A stretch of 43,837 nt of DNA from Minisyncoccia bacterium (GTDB taxonomy: Bacteria > Patescibacteriota > Minisyncoccia > Phycocordibacterales > UBA9973), in assembly GCA_038322745.1 (NCBI GenBank), contig JBBQGF010000002.1, forward strand, positions 1 to 43,837, read 5' to 3'. Shown here piece after piece: positions 1-7,893 of this stretch (position 1 is its first letter; each line of letters starts with the position of its first letter). A model generated the notes under the pieces. It was not told the DNA's origin and searched no databases. It saw only the letters and a list, made by a program, of their open reading frames with translations. The position numbers were made by a program, and so were the translations under genes.

Positions 1-1
1 A

Positions 2-100
2 AAATTTGAAAAAATTAAAGAAAAACTAGCAGAAATTCTTGAAAAATATATTAAAAAAGCATCTATTGATTTTGAAAAAATAATGAATGATATTTATTAA
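2..100 (+). CDS. 3' end of an upstream CDS (C-terminal fragment, product unknown)
   Basis: Frame open from the window edge (...KFEKIKEKLAEILEKYIKKASIDFEKIMNDIY*), TAA at 98-100. Too short to classify. Confidence 0.3.
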   Translation, partial: KFEKIKEKLAEILEKYIKKASIDFEKIMNDIY

Positions 101-120
101 ATATTTGATATAATTATAAT

Positions 121-573
121 ATGGAAAATAAAAAATTATGGACAGCGGTTTTAAATATTCTCTCACTTTGTATAATAATATTTTTTGTTAGTGCATTTTT
201 TGTTTACAATCTAAAATTTATTGGATATATTCTTGTTGTTCTTTCTGGTTTATGTTTAGCATCACTAAAATTATTTAATGTAAAAATTCACACAATAAAA
301 CCAGATATTATTTTTGGAATTATTGATAATGGTATTCTAGCTATTATGTCGGTATTTGGTGCAGAAATTGCAGGTGTTGCAGGAGCTGTGATTGGTGGAG
401 TTGTGGGTAATGCAATTACAGATGGAATTGCTGGTATATTTGAAGGATATTGGGCGGAATATCTTATTCCAGATAAAAGAACCATACTGGGTTCAGCTGT
501 TGGTAAAATGGCAGGATGTTTATTTGGGGCTGGAATAGTATTGATTATTACAAGTCTTTTAGGTTTTGTATAA
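121..573 (+). CDS. small integral membrane protein, Gly-zipper-like (unknown function)
   Basis: 150 aa ATG ORF with several hydrophobic helices and a Gly-rich run GAEIAGVAGAVIGGVVGNAITDGIAGIF. Followed by a hairpin terminator. Confidence 0.6.
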   Translation: MENKKLWTAVLNILSLCIIIFFVSAFFVYNLKFIGYILVVLSGLCLASLKLFNVKIHTIKPDIIFGIIDNGILAIMSVFGAEIAGVAGAVIGGVVGNAITDGIAGIFEGYWAEYLIPDKRTILGSAVGKMAGCLFGAGIVLIITSLLGFV

Positions 574-593
574 AAATAAAATTATAAAATAAA

Positions 594-624
594 AAATACC
601 ATTAATTAGTAATGGTATTTTTTA
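594..624 (+). terminator. intrinsic terminator
   Basis: 11-bp perfect stem aaataccatta / taatggtattt with a 5-nt loop, followed by a T-run. Confidence 0.7.
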
Positions 625-714
625 TTTATATTGAATAATGAAAGAAAAATTAAAGATGACTTGTATAAAGGATAGAGAGGTCGAATTATTAATTTATTTA
701 AGAATATAAAATAT

Positions 715-1119
715 ATGAAAATTAAAAAAAATATAATTGCTGTTTCTACTTTAGCAATCATTGGGATACTTGGACTAGTTGCTGTTAATTCAGTTTCTGC
801 TTATCAAGGTAATTCTGCTACAAAAGGACCAAACTATACAGTAGAGAGACACGATGCTATGGAGAAAGCTTTTGCTACTAATGATTACACATCTTGGAAG
901 AATATTATGCAGGGTAGGGGTCGTGCATCACAGGTTGTAACAAAAGAAAACTTTTCTAAATTTGTTCAGGCTCATAATTTAACACTAGAAGGTAAAACTA
1001 CCGAAGCAAGTTTAATTAGAAAAGAGCTAGGTTTAGGATTAAGAGATGGAAGTGGACAAAATGGAGTTCCGGGCACAGGACGAGGTCAAGGAATGGGTCA
1101 TGGAAGAATGATGAAATAG
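715..1119 (+). CDS. secreted small protein with Gly/Met/His-rich basic C-terminal tail (unknown function)
   Basis: 134 aa. N-terminal signal peptide (..LVAVNSVSA/YQG), a helical middle region, and the tail GTGRGQGMGHGRMMK. Confidence 0.65.
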   Translation: MKIKKNIIAVSTLAIIGILGLVAVNSVSAYQGNSATKGPNYTVERHDAMEKAFATNDYTSWKNIMQGRGRASQVVTKENFSKFVQAHNLTLEGKTTEASLIRKELGLGLRDGSGQNGVPGTGRGQGMGHGRMMK

Positions 1120-1128
1120 TCTAAGATA

Positions 1129-1170
1129 ATAAACTCTAGCCTAATATGTTAAGCTAGAGTTTATTGTTTT
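1129..1170 (+). terminator. intrinsic terminator
   Basis: 12-bp perfect stem ataaactctagc / gctagagtttat, followed by tgtttt. Confidence 0.7.
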
Positions 1171-1208
1171 AGAAAATATAATAAATAATTGTGCTAAAAT
1201 TATAATGT

Positions 1209-1754
1209 ATGGAAGATTTAAAAATATTAACAGATGAACAAATTGTAGAATATATCAGGACAAAAGACAAAGAGTCATATGTGGAGGTTGTTTTACGATA
1301 TCAAGATAAATTGATGCGATATGCAAATTCTTTAGTTCATGATGAACATAAATCAGCTGATATTGTTCAGAATACTTTTATAAAAGCATTCATTAATTTG
1401 AATAGTTTTAATACAAAAATGAAATTTTCTACATGGATATATCGTATAACTCATAATGAAGCAATAAACAAAATTATTAAACATAAGAAAGAAATTCCTT
1501 TACCAGATGACATAGATATAGTAAGTGATGAAGATATAGAATTAAATTTTAACAAAGAAGAGATTAGAGTAAAAGTAAAAAACTGTATATCAGAAATTCC
1601 ACTTATTTATGCAGAGCCGTTAACTTTATTTTTTCTTGAAGAAAAATCATATGATGAAATAAGTGATATTTTGAGATTACCAATAGGAACGGTCGGGACA
1701 AGGATTAATAGAGCTAAGAATTTATTTAAAAATATATGTCAAACCAAGAATTAA
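1209..1754 (+). CDS. ECF-type RNA polymerase sigma-70 family factor
   Basis: 181 aa. Region 2-like DIVQNTFIKAFINLNSF..WIYRITHNEAIN. Region 4 HTH SYDEISDILRLPIGTVGTRINRAKNLF. Confidence 0.85.
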   Translation: MEDLKILTDEQIVEYIRTKDKESYVEVVLRYQDKLMRYANSLVHDEHKSADIVQNTFIKAFINLNSFNTKMKFSTWIYRITHNEAINKIIKHKKEIPLPDDIDIVSDEDIELNFNKEEIRVKVKNCISEIPLIYAEPLTLFFLEEKSYDEISDILRLPIGTVGTRINRAKNLFKNICQTKN

Positions 1755-2215
1755 ATATAACTGAAAATGTAATGAATAAGATTAAAAATGGAGAAGCAAA
1801 GATGAAATCTAAACTTTATTTTTTCTTAGGTTCCACAATAGCAACTATTGGGTTTATTTTTTTAATAACCACCTTGGTTTTTTTAATCAATTTAATAATA
1901 TTTTCTCTCAGGACTCATGGACCTATGGGAGATATTAGATTCGAGAAACTGATTTCTAGTTTCCCTTGGTGGGCTCCAGTTATAGCAATTATTGGAGTTA
2001 GTTTTGGTATTTGGATATTGAAGAAGTTTGATTTTTCTTATAAAAAGAATTTTATTTTTATTGTTACTGGATTTATATTAGCTATTATTGTAGCTGGATG
2101 GTTTATTGATTATCTTGGATTTAATAATCTTATAGAAAGAGGTCCTATGCGAGATTTATACCAGTATCAAAGTGGGGGAGGAATGAAAGGTCAAGGATGG
2201 AGGAATATGAAATAA
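1736..2215 (+). CDS. multi-pass membrane protein coupled to the ECF sigma (possible non-canonical anti-sigma)
   Basis: 159 aa, overlapping the sigma gene by 19 nt. About 4 TM helices and no H-x3-C-x2-C zinc anti-sigma motif. C-tail SGGGMKGQGWRNMK. The start is uncertain; alternative ATGs lie at 1772 and 1802. Confidence 0.5.
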   Translation: MSNQELNITENVMNKIKNGEAKMKSKLYFFLGSTIATIGFIFLITTLVFLINLIIFSLRTHGPMGDIRFEKLISSFPWWAPVIAIIGVSFGIWILKKFDFSYKKNFIFIVTGFILAIIVAGWFIDYLGFNNLIERGPMRDLYQYQSGGGMKGQGWRNMK

Positions 2216-2292
2216 TTATATTTAAAGATTAAATCATGGTTTGACTTCTTTTTATTATTAGTATATCATTCAAATGTAGGTTTGAATGTATT

Positions 2293-2586
2293 ATGAATAA
2301 TATAATAAAAAAACAGAATATAGAATTATTAGCAAAGAAACTAAGAGTGGCAGGGGATTCTAGTAGATTGAGAATTCTTTGTCTTATCTTTAGTGATAAA
2401 AAGGTTTGTGTTTCAGGCATTGCAAAAGAGTTAGGTATGAGTGTAGCAATTACATCACATCACCTACAATCTTTAGCAAAAGAAGGGTTACTCGAGCCGA
2501 GTAGGGAAGGTAAAAAAATCTGTTATTCATTATCAAAAAATGATATGGTAACAGATTTAAAAAAATTTATATGTCGGTATAAATAA
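2293..2586 (+). CDS. ArsR/SmtB-family transcriptional regulator
   Basis: 97 aa. Winged HTH LRILCLIFSDKKVCVSGIAKELGMSVAITSHHLQSLAKEGLL. Several Cys residues. Confidence 0.8.
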   Translation: MNNIIKKQNIELLAKKLRVAGDSSRLRILCLIFSDKKVCVSGIAKELGMSVAITSHHLQSLAKEGLLEPSREGKKICYSLSKNDMVTDLKKFICRYK

Positions 2587-2604
2587 ATTAATGATTAAAA
2601 TTAT

Positions 2605-2850
2605 ATGAATCCAAAAAATAAAAAGGTTATCGTTTATTCAACAACAACATGTCCATATTGTGTTTATGCAAAAGAATTCTTTAAAGAAAATAATGTTTCA
2701 TTCGTAGATAAAAACGTATCTATTGATAGAGCCGCAGGTAATGAGATGGTTAAAAAAAGTGGTCAAATGGGTGTCCCTGTAATAGATATTGATGGAGAGA
2801 TAGTTGTAGGTTTTCAACCAAAAGTCTTTGAAAAATTATTAACTAAATAA
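2605..2850 (+). CDS. glutaredoxin/NrdH-like thiol-disulfide oxidoreductase
   Basis: 81 aa. Active site C-P-Y-C within VIVYSTTTCPYCVYAKEFF, plus the GVPVIDIDGE motif typical of the Grx fold. Confidence 0.85.
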   Translation: MNPKNKKVIVYSTTTCPYCVYAKEFFKENNVSFVDKNVSIDRAAGNEMVKKSGQMGVPVIDIDGEIVVGFQPKVFEKLLTK

Positions 2851-2855
2851 AATTC

Positions 2856-3287
2856 ATGTCTAAGAAAAATACTAAAAATATAAAGTTTTATATATCTGCA
2901 TTAGGAATTATTGCTTTTGTTGTTTTATTAATAGTTTTATTACCAACAGCAGTAAAAACAAAATTAAATGGTGGAGAATTTTTAAGTCTATATAATAAAA
3001 CAGCTAATGCTCAAATTATAGATGTTAGAACACCAACAGAGTTTAATGCAGGTCATATAGATGGTGCTATTAATATTGATTTTGATAATTCAACTTTTAA
3101 GAGAGAAGTTTCTAAACTAGATAAATCAAAAACATACTTTATATACTGTCGTTCAGGTAATAGATCAGGACAAGCTTTTTCTATCATGAAAACAGACGGA
3201 ATAAAAAATATATATGACTTACAAGGAGGTATTGTTTCTAATAAGGACAGTATAATACTATTACCTTCATTAGATATTATTAATTAA
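2856..3287 (+). CDS. membrane-anchored rhodanese-domain sulfurtransferase
   Basis: 143 aa. N-terminal TM helix, IIDVRTPTEFNAGHIDGAINI, and active-site loop YCRSGNRSG. Confidence 0.8.
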   Translation: MSKKNTKNIKFYISALGIIAFVVLLIVLLPTAVKTKLNGGEFLSLYNKTANAQIIDVRTPTEFNAGHIDGAINIDFDNSTFKREVSKLDKSKTYFIYCRSGNRSGQAFSIMKTDGIKNIYDLQGGIVSNKDSIILLPSLDIIN

Positions 3288-3297
3288 AATTTAATTT

Positions 3298-4200
3298 ATG
3301 AAAATACAAAAAAATGAAAATACTATAGATAGATTAATAAGAATGATATTAGCATCGATATTCTTTATATTGGCTTTCTATTGGTCATATGGAGTATTGC
3401 AAATAATTCTTTACACTCTTTCTTTAGTGATGTTAGTTACAGCTATCTCTGGTTTTTGTGCTCTATATAAAATATTAAATATTAATACTATTAAAGAAAC
3501 AAATACTCCCACTTTAAAAATAATACCCATACCACTCACTGTTATATTTTTTGTAATCATAGTTGTAGGAAGTTATTTTAGTAATTTTTTCACTAAAAAA
3601 TTCTTTATTGAGGATTATAATAAAATGAATCAATATTATAAGCAAACTCTATTTTATACAGGACAAGATAAGAGGGTAGAAGCCTTAGATAATTATAATA
3701 AACTGGTTGTTGAATATAGTATATTTGAATCTAAATATATTAAATATCATCCATATGCAATATCTAAAGATAAAGAATTCAACAATGATTTAATAAAAGT
3801 TTCTGATTTAATTATTAATCTGAAAGATAAAGTGAATACTGGTGATTTGAAGTCCGCTCATACTGATTTTGAACAAGTAAGACCGATTTTTCAAGATATC
3901 CTCAAAAGAAATAATTTTTCAATGTTAGCGATAACACTTGTAGATTTTCATGATGCAATGGAAAAGATAATAGCAACATCTGATGCCAAAGATGTATCAG
4001 GAACAATTGCTATTTATGAGGAAGTAAGTAATAAATTAAAAGCAATTGAGGAAGTTGTGAATGACAATGAAATACAATCAATAAGAGGTAAATTAGATGA
4101 ATTGTTAGTTTTAGCACAAAACGATAAATCATTAGAATTATCTTCAAAAGCAGCTGAATTAAAAAGTGCTTTTGTTAAGGTTTATCTTAAAAGAGGTTAG
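3298..4200 (+). CDS. DUF2892 (YgaP-like) membrane domain fused to an uncharacterised helical domain
   Basis: 300 aa. N-terminus IDRLIRMILASIFF..AISGFCALYKILNI resembles the YgaP/DUF2892 two-helix module. This is followed by another TM helix and about 200 aa of helical sequence. Confidence 0.6.
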   Translation: MKIQKNENTIDRLIRMILASIFFILAFYWSYGVLQIILYTLSLVMLVTAISGFCALYKILNINTIKETNTPTLKIIPIPLTVIFFVIIVVGSYFSNFFTKKFFIEDYNKMNQYYKQTLFYTGQDKRVEALDNYNKLVVEYSIFESKYIKYHPYAISKDKEFNNDLIKVSDLIINLKDKVNTGDLKSAHTDFEQVRPIFQDILKRNNFSMLAITLVDFHDAMEKIIATSDAKDVSGTIAIYEEVSNKLKAIEEVVNDNEIQSIRGKLDELLVLAQNDKSLELSSKAAELKSAFVKVYLKRG

Positions 4201-4360
4201 AATATTAAATTAAGGTATTCTTAATAAAATTATATTTAAAAAATCACTTATAATCTATATAAAGCAAATATACTATAATCATATAGGCATTTTAACCTTT
4301 GTTTTTTGTCTATTATAGTAATATAATACAAATACATAAGTATTAAATAATATATATAAT

Positions 4361-5461
4361 ATGAAAAATGAACACAAATATGTCTTGATAATGGCAGGAG
4401 GTTCAGGTACAAGACTGTATCCTCGTTCAACAGAAAAACTCCCAAAACAGTTTCAGCAGATTATTGGAGATAGGTCATTAATTGAACAAGCATATCTGAG
4501 AGCAAAGAGGATAGTTGATGATGACCATATATATGTCTCATCTAATCATAAATATATAGAATTAATAAAGAAACATCTCCCTACTATTCCACTTGAAAAT
4601 TATATTACAGAACCAATAAAAAGAAATACTGGGCCTGCTATCGCACTTGCTACTGCATTGATTTATAAGAAAGATAAAAAAGCTGTCATTGTTGCTACTC
4701 ATTCAGACCATCTGGTTTTAAAAATAGATGAATATACAAAAGTAATAAAAACAGGGATTAAAGTTGTTGAAAATAATCCAAAGTATATTTTATGTATTGG
4801 TATTACTCCCACATCTCCTCATACTGGTTTGGGCTATATAGAAAAAGATAAGAAATTTCTTCATTTAGATGGAGCCACTGTATTTTCCACAAAGTGTTTT
4901 GTTGAAAAACCTAATTTAGAATTAGCAAAACAATATTTAGCATCAGATAATTTTTTCTGGAATGCTGGATATTTTATTTGGCAAGCTGGACATTTTTTGA
5001 ATGAATTAAAAAAATATAGCCCAAAGATATATAAAGGAGTTATAAAGATAGCTCAAACAAAAGGAAAAATTGATTTTGCAAAAACATTAGATATCGAATT
5101 TGTTAAATTTGAAGATATTGCAGTTGATAATTTAATAATGGAAAAAACACCAAACCTTTTAGTTTTACCTGTAGATATAGGATGGTCAGATATAGGGAGT
5201 TGGGATGTTGTCGCAAATATGGTAAATAATCAAGAAAAAGATTTTAATGGTAATTATAGCGAGGGGAGAGTTATAAATATAGATACTCATAATACAATGA
5301 TTCTTTCTCATAATAAAGAAATTGTTATAGCCACTATAGGCTTAGATAACTTTATAATCGTTACGACAGATGAAGCTATTGTGATAGTTCCACGGGGGAG
5401 GAGTGAAGAAATTAAGAAAATAGTCACTGAACTAGAAAAAAATAAAAAAAATATTTTATAA
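4361..5461 (+). CDS. manC: mannose-1-phosphate guanylyltransferase (no fused isomerase domain)
   Basis: 366 aa. Nucleotidyltransferase motif LIMAGGSGTRLYPRS..LPKQF, with GLGYIE and FWNAGYFIW further in. Confidence 0.85.
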   Translation: MKNEHKYVLIMAGGSGTRLYPRSTEKLPKQFQQIIGDRSLIEQAYLRAKRIVDDDHIYVSSNHKYIELIKKHLPTIPLENYITEPIKRNTGPAIALATALIYKKDKKAVIVATHSDHLVLKIDEYTKVIKTGIKVVENNPKYILCIGITPTSPHTGLGYIEKDKKFLHLDGATVFSTKCFVEKPNLELAKQYLASDNFFWNAGYFIWQAGHFLNELKKYSPKIYKGVIKIAQTKGKIDFAKTLDIEFVKFEDIAVDNLIMEKTPNLLVLPVDIGWSDIGSWDVVANMVNNQEKDFNGNYSEGRVINIDTHNTMILSHNKEIVIATIGLDNFIIVTTDEAIVIVPRGRSEEIKKIVTELEKNKKNIL

Positions 5462-5470
5462 TATAAATAT

Positions 5471-6118
5471 ATGCTAATAAATATAAAAAAAATAATAATT
5501 CCGAAACAAATAATTATACTACTCACACTTGCTGTTGTTTTGAATATTTCAAGATTTTTTATTTTTGATAATTATGTTTTCATTTATATTATATGGAATA
5601 TTTTTTTGGCTTTTATTCCTTTTCTTATAACTTCAGTCTTAATTTTATATATAAATAAAGAAAATATAGTAAAACCAATTTTTATTATAAGTTTTATTAT
5701 ATGGATACTATTCTTACCTAATGCCCCATATGTTGTGACAGATTTAATACATTTAGGAAATTTTAGAAAAGTACCTATGATGTATGATATATTTCTCCTT
5801 TTTTCCTCTGCAGGAGTTTCTCTATTAATGGGATTATATTCATTATTTCATATGGAAAAGATGTTACTTTTAAAGTTTTCAAAAAAAATTACTAATATTA
5901 TGATTGCATTTATAATCTTAATAGCTAGTTTTGGTATATATCTTGGTAGATTTCTACGCTTTAATAGCTGGGATTTTTTTATTAGTCATAAATTACTATT
6001 ATCTAGTGTTTGGGATACATTTACTCTATCAAATAATAATACAAATGTATTTACTTATACTCTTTTGTTTTTCTTTTTTATCTATATGTCCTACTTATCA
6101 TTTAAAATCAAAAATTAA
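5471..6118 (+). CDS. DUF1361-family integral membrane protein
   Basis: 215 aa polytopic membrane protein with the LPNAPYVVTDLIHL motif characteristic of DUF1361. Confidence 0.65.
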   Translation: MLINIKKIIIPKQIIILLTLAVVLNISRFFIFDNYVFIYIIWNIFLAFIPFLITSVLILYINKENIVKPIFIISFIIWILFLPNAPYVVTDLIHLGNFRKVPMMYDIFLLFSSAGVSLLMGLYSLFHMEKMLLLKFSKKITNIMIAFIILIASFGIYLGRFLRFNSWDFFISHKLLLSSVWDTFTLSNNNTNVFTYTLLFFFFIYMSYLSFKIKN

Positions 6119-6255
6119 TAGCTAAAATTCAAATTTTATTGCATAATATAAAGATATTATGATATACTAAGTCCAATAATCCCAAAAAAGGATATAATTA
6201 TTAACTATATATAACAAGATACATCCTACTTTGGAATAGGAATATCACTAGTTGA

Positions 6256-6606
6256 ATGGAAAAACTAAATGTATTTAAAATAGAAAGACCATGGGGAAAT
6301 TTTAGACAGTTTACTAAAAACGAATCTTCAACTGTAAAAATTATTACCGTAAGACCAAATGAGTCATTAAGTTTACAGACACATAGTAAGAGATCAGAGT
6401 TTTGGCATATTATAACAGGAGAAGGATTCGTTGAAATAAATCAAATTAAGAAAGAGACAAAGACAGGTGATGAGCACGAAATTCCTGTCGGCTCAAAACA
6501 TCGTTTATCGGCTGGACCATTAGGATTACAAATACTTGAGATTGCTATTGGAGACTTTGATGAGGAGGACATTGTTCACCTTGAAGATAAGTATGGGAGG
6601 GTTTAA
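6256..6606 (+). CDS. stand-alone cupin, type II phosphomannose isomerase-like domain
   Basis: 116 aa. ERPWGNF..., LSLQTHSKRSEFWHIITGEG and HRLS match the cupin that is usually fused C-terminally to ManC. Confidence 0.7.
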   Translation: MEKLNVFKIERPWGNFRQFTKNESSTVKIITVRPNESLSLQTHSKRSEFWHIITGEGFVEINQIKKETKTGDEHEIPVGSKHRLSAGPLGLQILEIAIGDFDEEDIVHLEDKYGRV

Positions 6607-6621
6607 AATATTTAAATTTAT

Positions 6622-7890
6622 ATGGAGAAAAAATCTAAAAAAATAATTAAATCAAATTCTAAAAAAATTCCTACACTAAAAGGTTTAAAAAAAATGGCTG
6701 ATAGTGATATAGTCAAAAAAACTCCTGTTAAAAAAAATATTAAAAAAACACAAAAAGTTTTAGTCAAAAAAATTGCAAAAAAAGTTCCTACTATAAAAAG
6801 AACACTTCTAAAAAAGAAAGTTATACAAAAGACAAAAAATAAAATAGATAAAAAAGAAGATAGAACTCTTAAAAAAGAAACAGTCAAATTAAGAAAAGCT
6901 TCTCATAATCCTATTATTTCTCCAAGTTTGTATTCATGGGAATCAAAAGCTACTTTTAATCCTACAGCTTTTTCTTTTGAAGACAAGATTCATATCATAT
7001 ATAGAGCAATGGGGGAGGATGAGTCTTCAGTGTTGGGATACGCATCTTCGTGTGATGGTATGACTATAGACGAGAGACCTACTTACTGTATTTATAAAAG
7101 ATTTAATAATTTTGTAAAATTTGGTCCACACATTGATTATTCTTCAGGAGGAGGAGAAAATGGTGGTTGTGAGGACCCACGTATCACGCTGATTGGGGAT
7201 ACATTATATATGATTTACACTGCATTTGATGGATGGGGATCATTACGTATGGCTCTAACTTCTATGTCACTCGCAGACTTTAAAAAGAAAAAATGGAATT
7301 GGAAAAAAGAAGTTTTAATTTCACCACCTGGAGAGATGAACAAAAACTGGGTACTTTTCCCTGAAAAAATTAATGGTAAATTCGCTATTCTGCATAGTTT
7401 TTACCCAGAAATTTTAATAAATTATTTTGATAGTTTAGATGAGCTTGATGGTAAAAATTTTATAAAAAGTAATAATACAAGACCCATTGATAAAACTCGT
7501 ACTTGGGATTCATGGTTTCGTGGAGTTGGACCAACTCCAATAAAGACTAAAGAAGGGTGGCTTGTTTTATATCATGCAATGGACCATAGAAATCCTGATA
7601 GATATAGATTGGGTGCACTTATTTTGGATTCAAATGACCCTACAAAAATACTATATCGTTCAAAAAATCCAATTTTAGAACCAGAAGAAGAATATGAGAA
7701 TCATGGTTTAAAATGGGGAGTAGTTTATTCTTGTGGAGCAATAGTAAAAAATGATGAGTTATATGTTTATTATGGTGGAGCCGACAAATTTGTATGTGTT
7801 GCCTCAATGGATCTAAATGATTTAATAAACAGTCTAAAAGAAGATAAAATTATTAAACTTAAAAATATAAAAACAACAAAGAAAATATAA
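6622..7890 (+). CDS. GH130-family glycosidase/beta-mannoside phosphorylase-like protein with Lys-rich N-terminal extension
   Basis: 422 aa. About 95 aa of K-rich tail precede a 5-bladed-propeller-type domain with the GGCEDPRIT and YVYYGGADK motifs. Confidence 0.8.
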   Translation: MEKKSKKIIKSNSKKIPTLKGLKKMADSDIVKKTPVKKNIKKTQKVLVKKIAKKVPTIKRTLLKKKVIQKTKNKIDKKEDRTLKKETVKLRKASHNPIISPSLYSWESKATFNPTAFSFEDKIHIIYRAMGEDESSVLGYASSCDGMTIDERPTYCIYKRFNNFVKFGPHIDYSSGGGENGGCEDPRITLIGDTLYMIYTAFDGWGSLRMALTSMSLADFKKKKWNWKKEVLISPPGEMNKNWVLFPEKINGKFAILHSFYPEILINYFDSLDELDGKNFIKSNNTRPIDKTRTWDSWFRGVGPTPIKTKEGWLVLYHAMDHRNPDRYRLGALILDSNDPTKILYRSKNPILEPEEEYENHGLKWGVVYSCGAIVKNDELYVYYGGADKFVCVASMDLNDLINSLKEDKIIKLKNIKTTKKI

Positions 7891-7893
7891 TAT

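Noticed and set aside
288-485. Antisense and shadow ORFs from the six-frame track: 288-485(-), 2229-2420(-), 4248-4445(-), 5308-5526(-), 6618-6887(-), 8205-8429(-), 13425-13628(-), 14490-14924(-), 14579-14788(-), 15512-15709(-), 15979-16278(-), 16681-16866(-), 17986-18244(-), 23460-24134(-), 25273-25899(-), 26116-26382(-), 29707-29952(-), 30745-30963(-), 31977-32447(-), 36907-37161(-), 42044-42810(-), 43421-43708(-).
   Set aside because: Each lies entirely opposite or inside a longer ORF that has clear family motifs. Their translations are low-complexity or hydrophobic strings typical of antisense frames in AT-rich DNA. None has its own RBS, promoter or terminator context.
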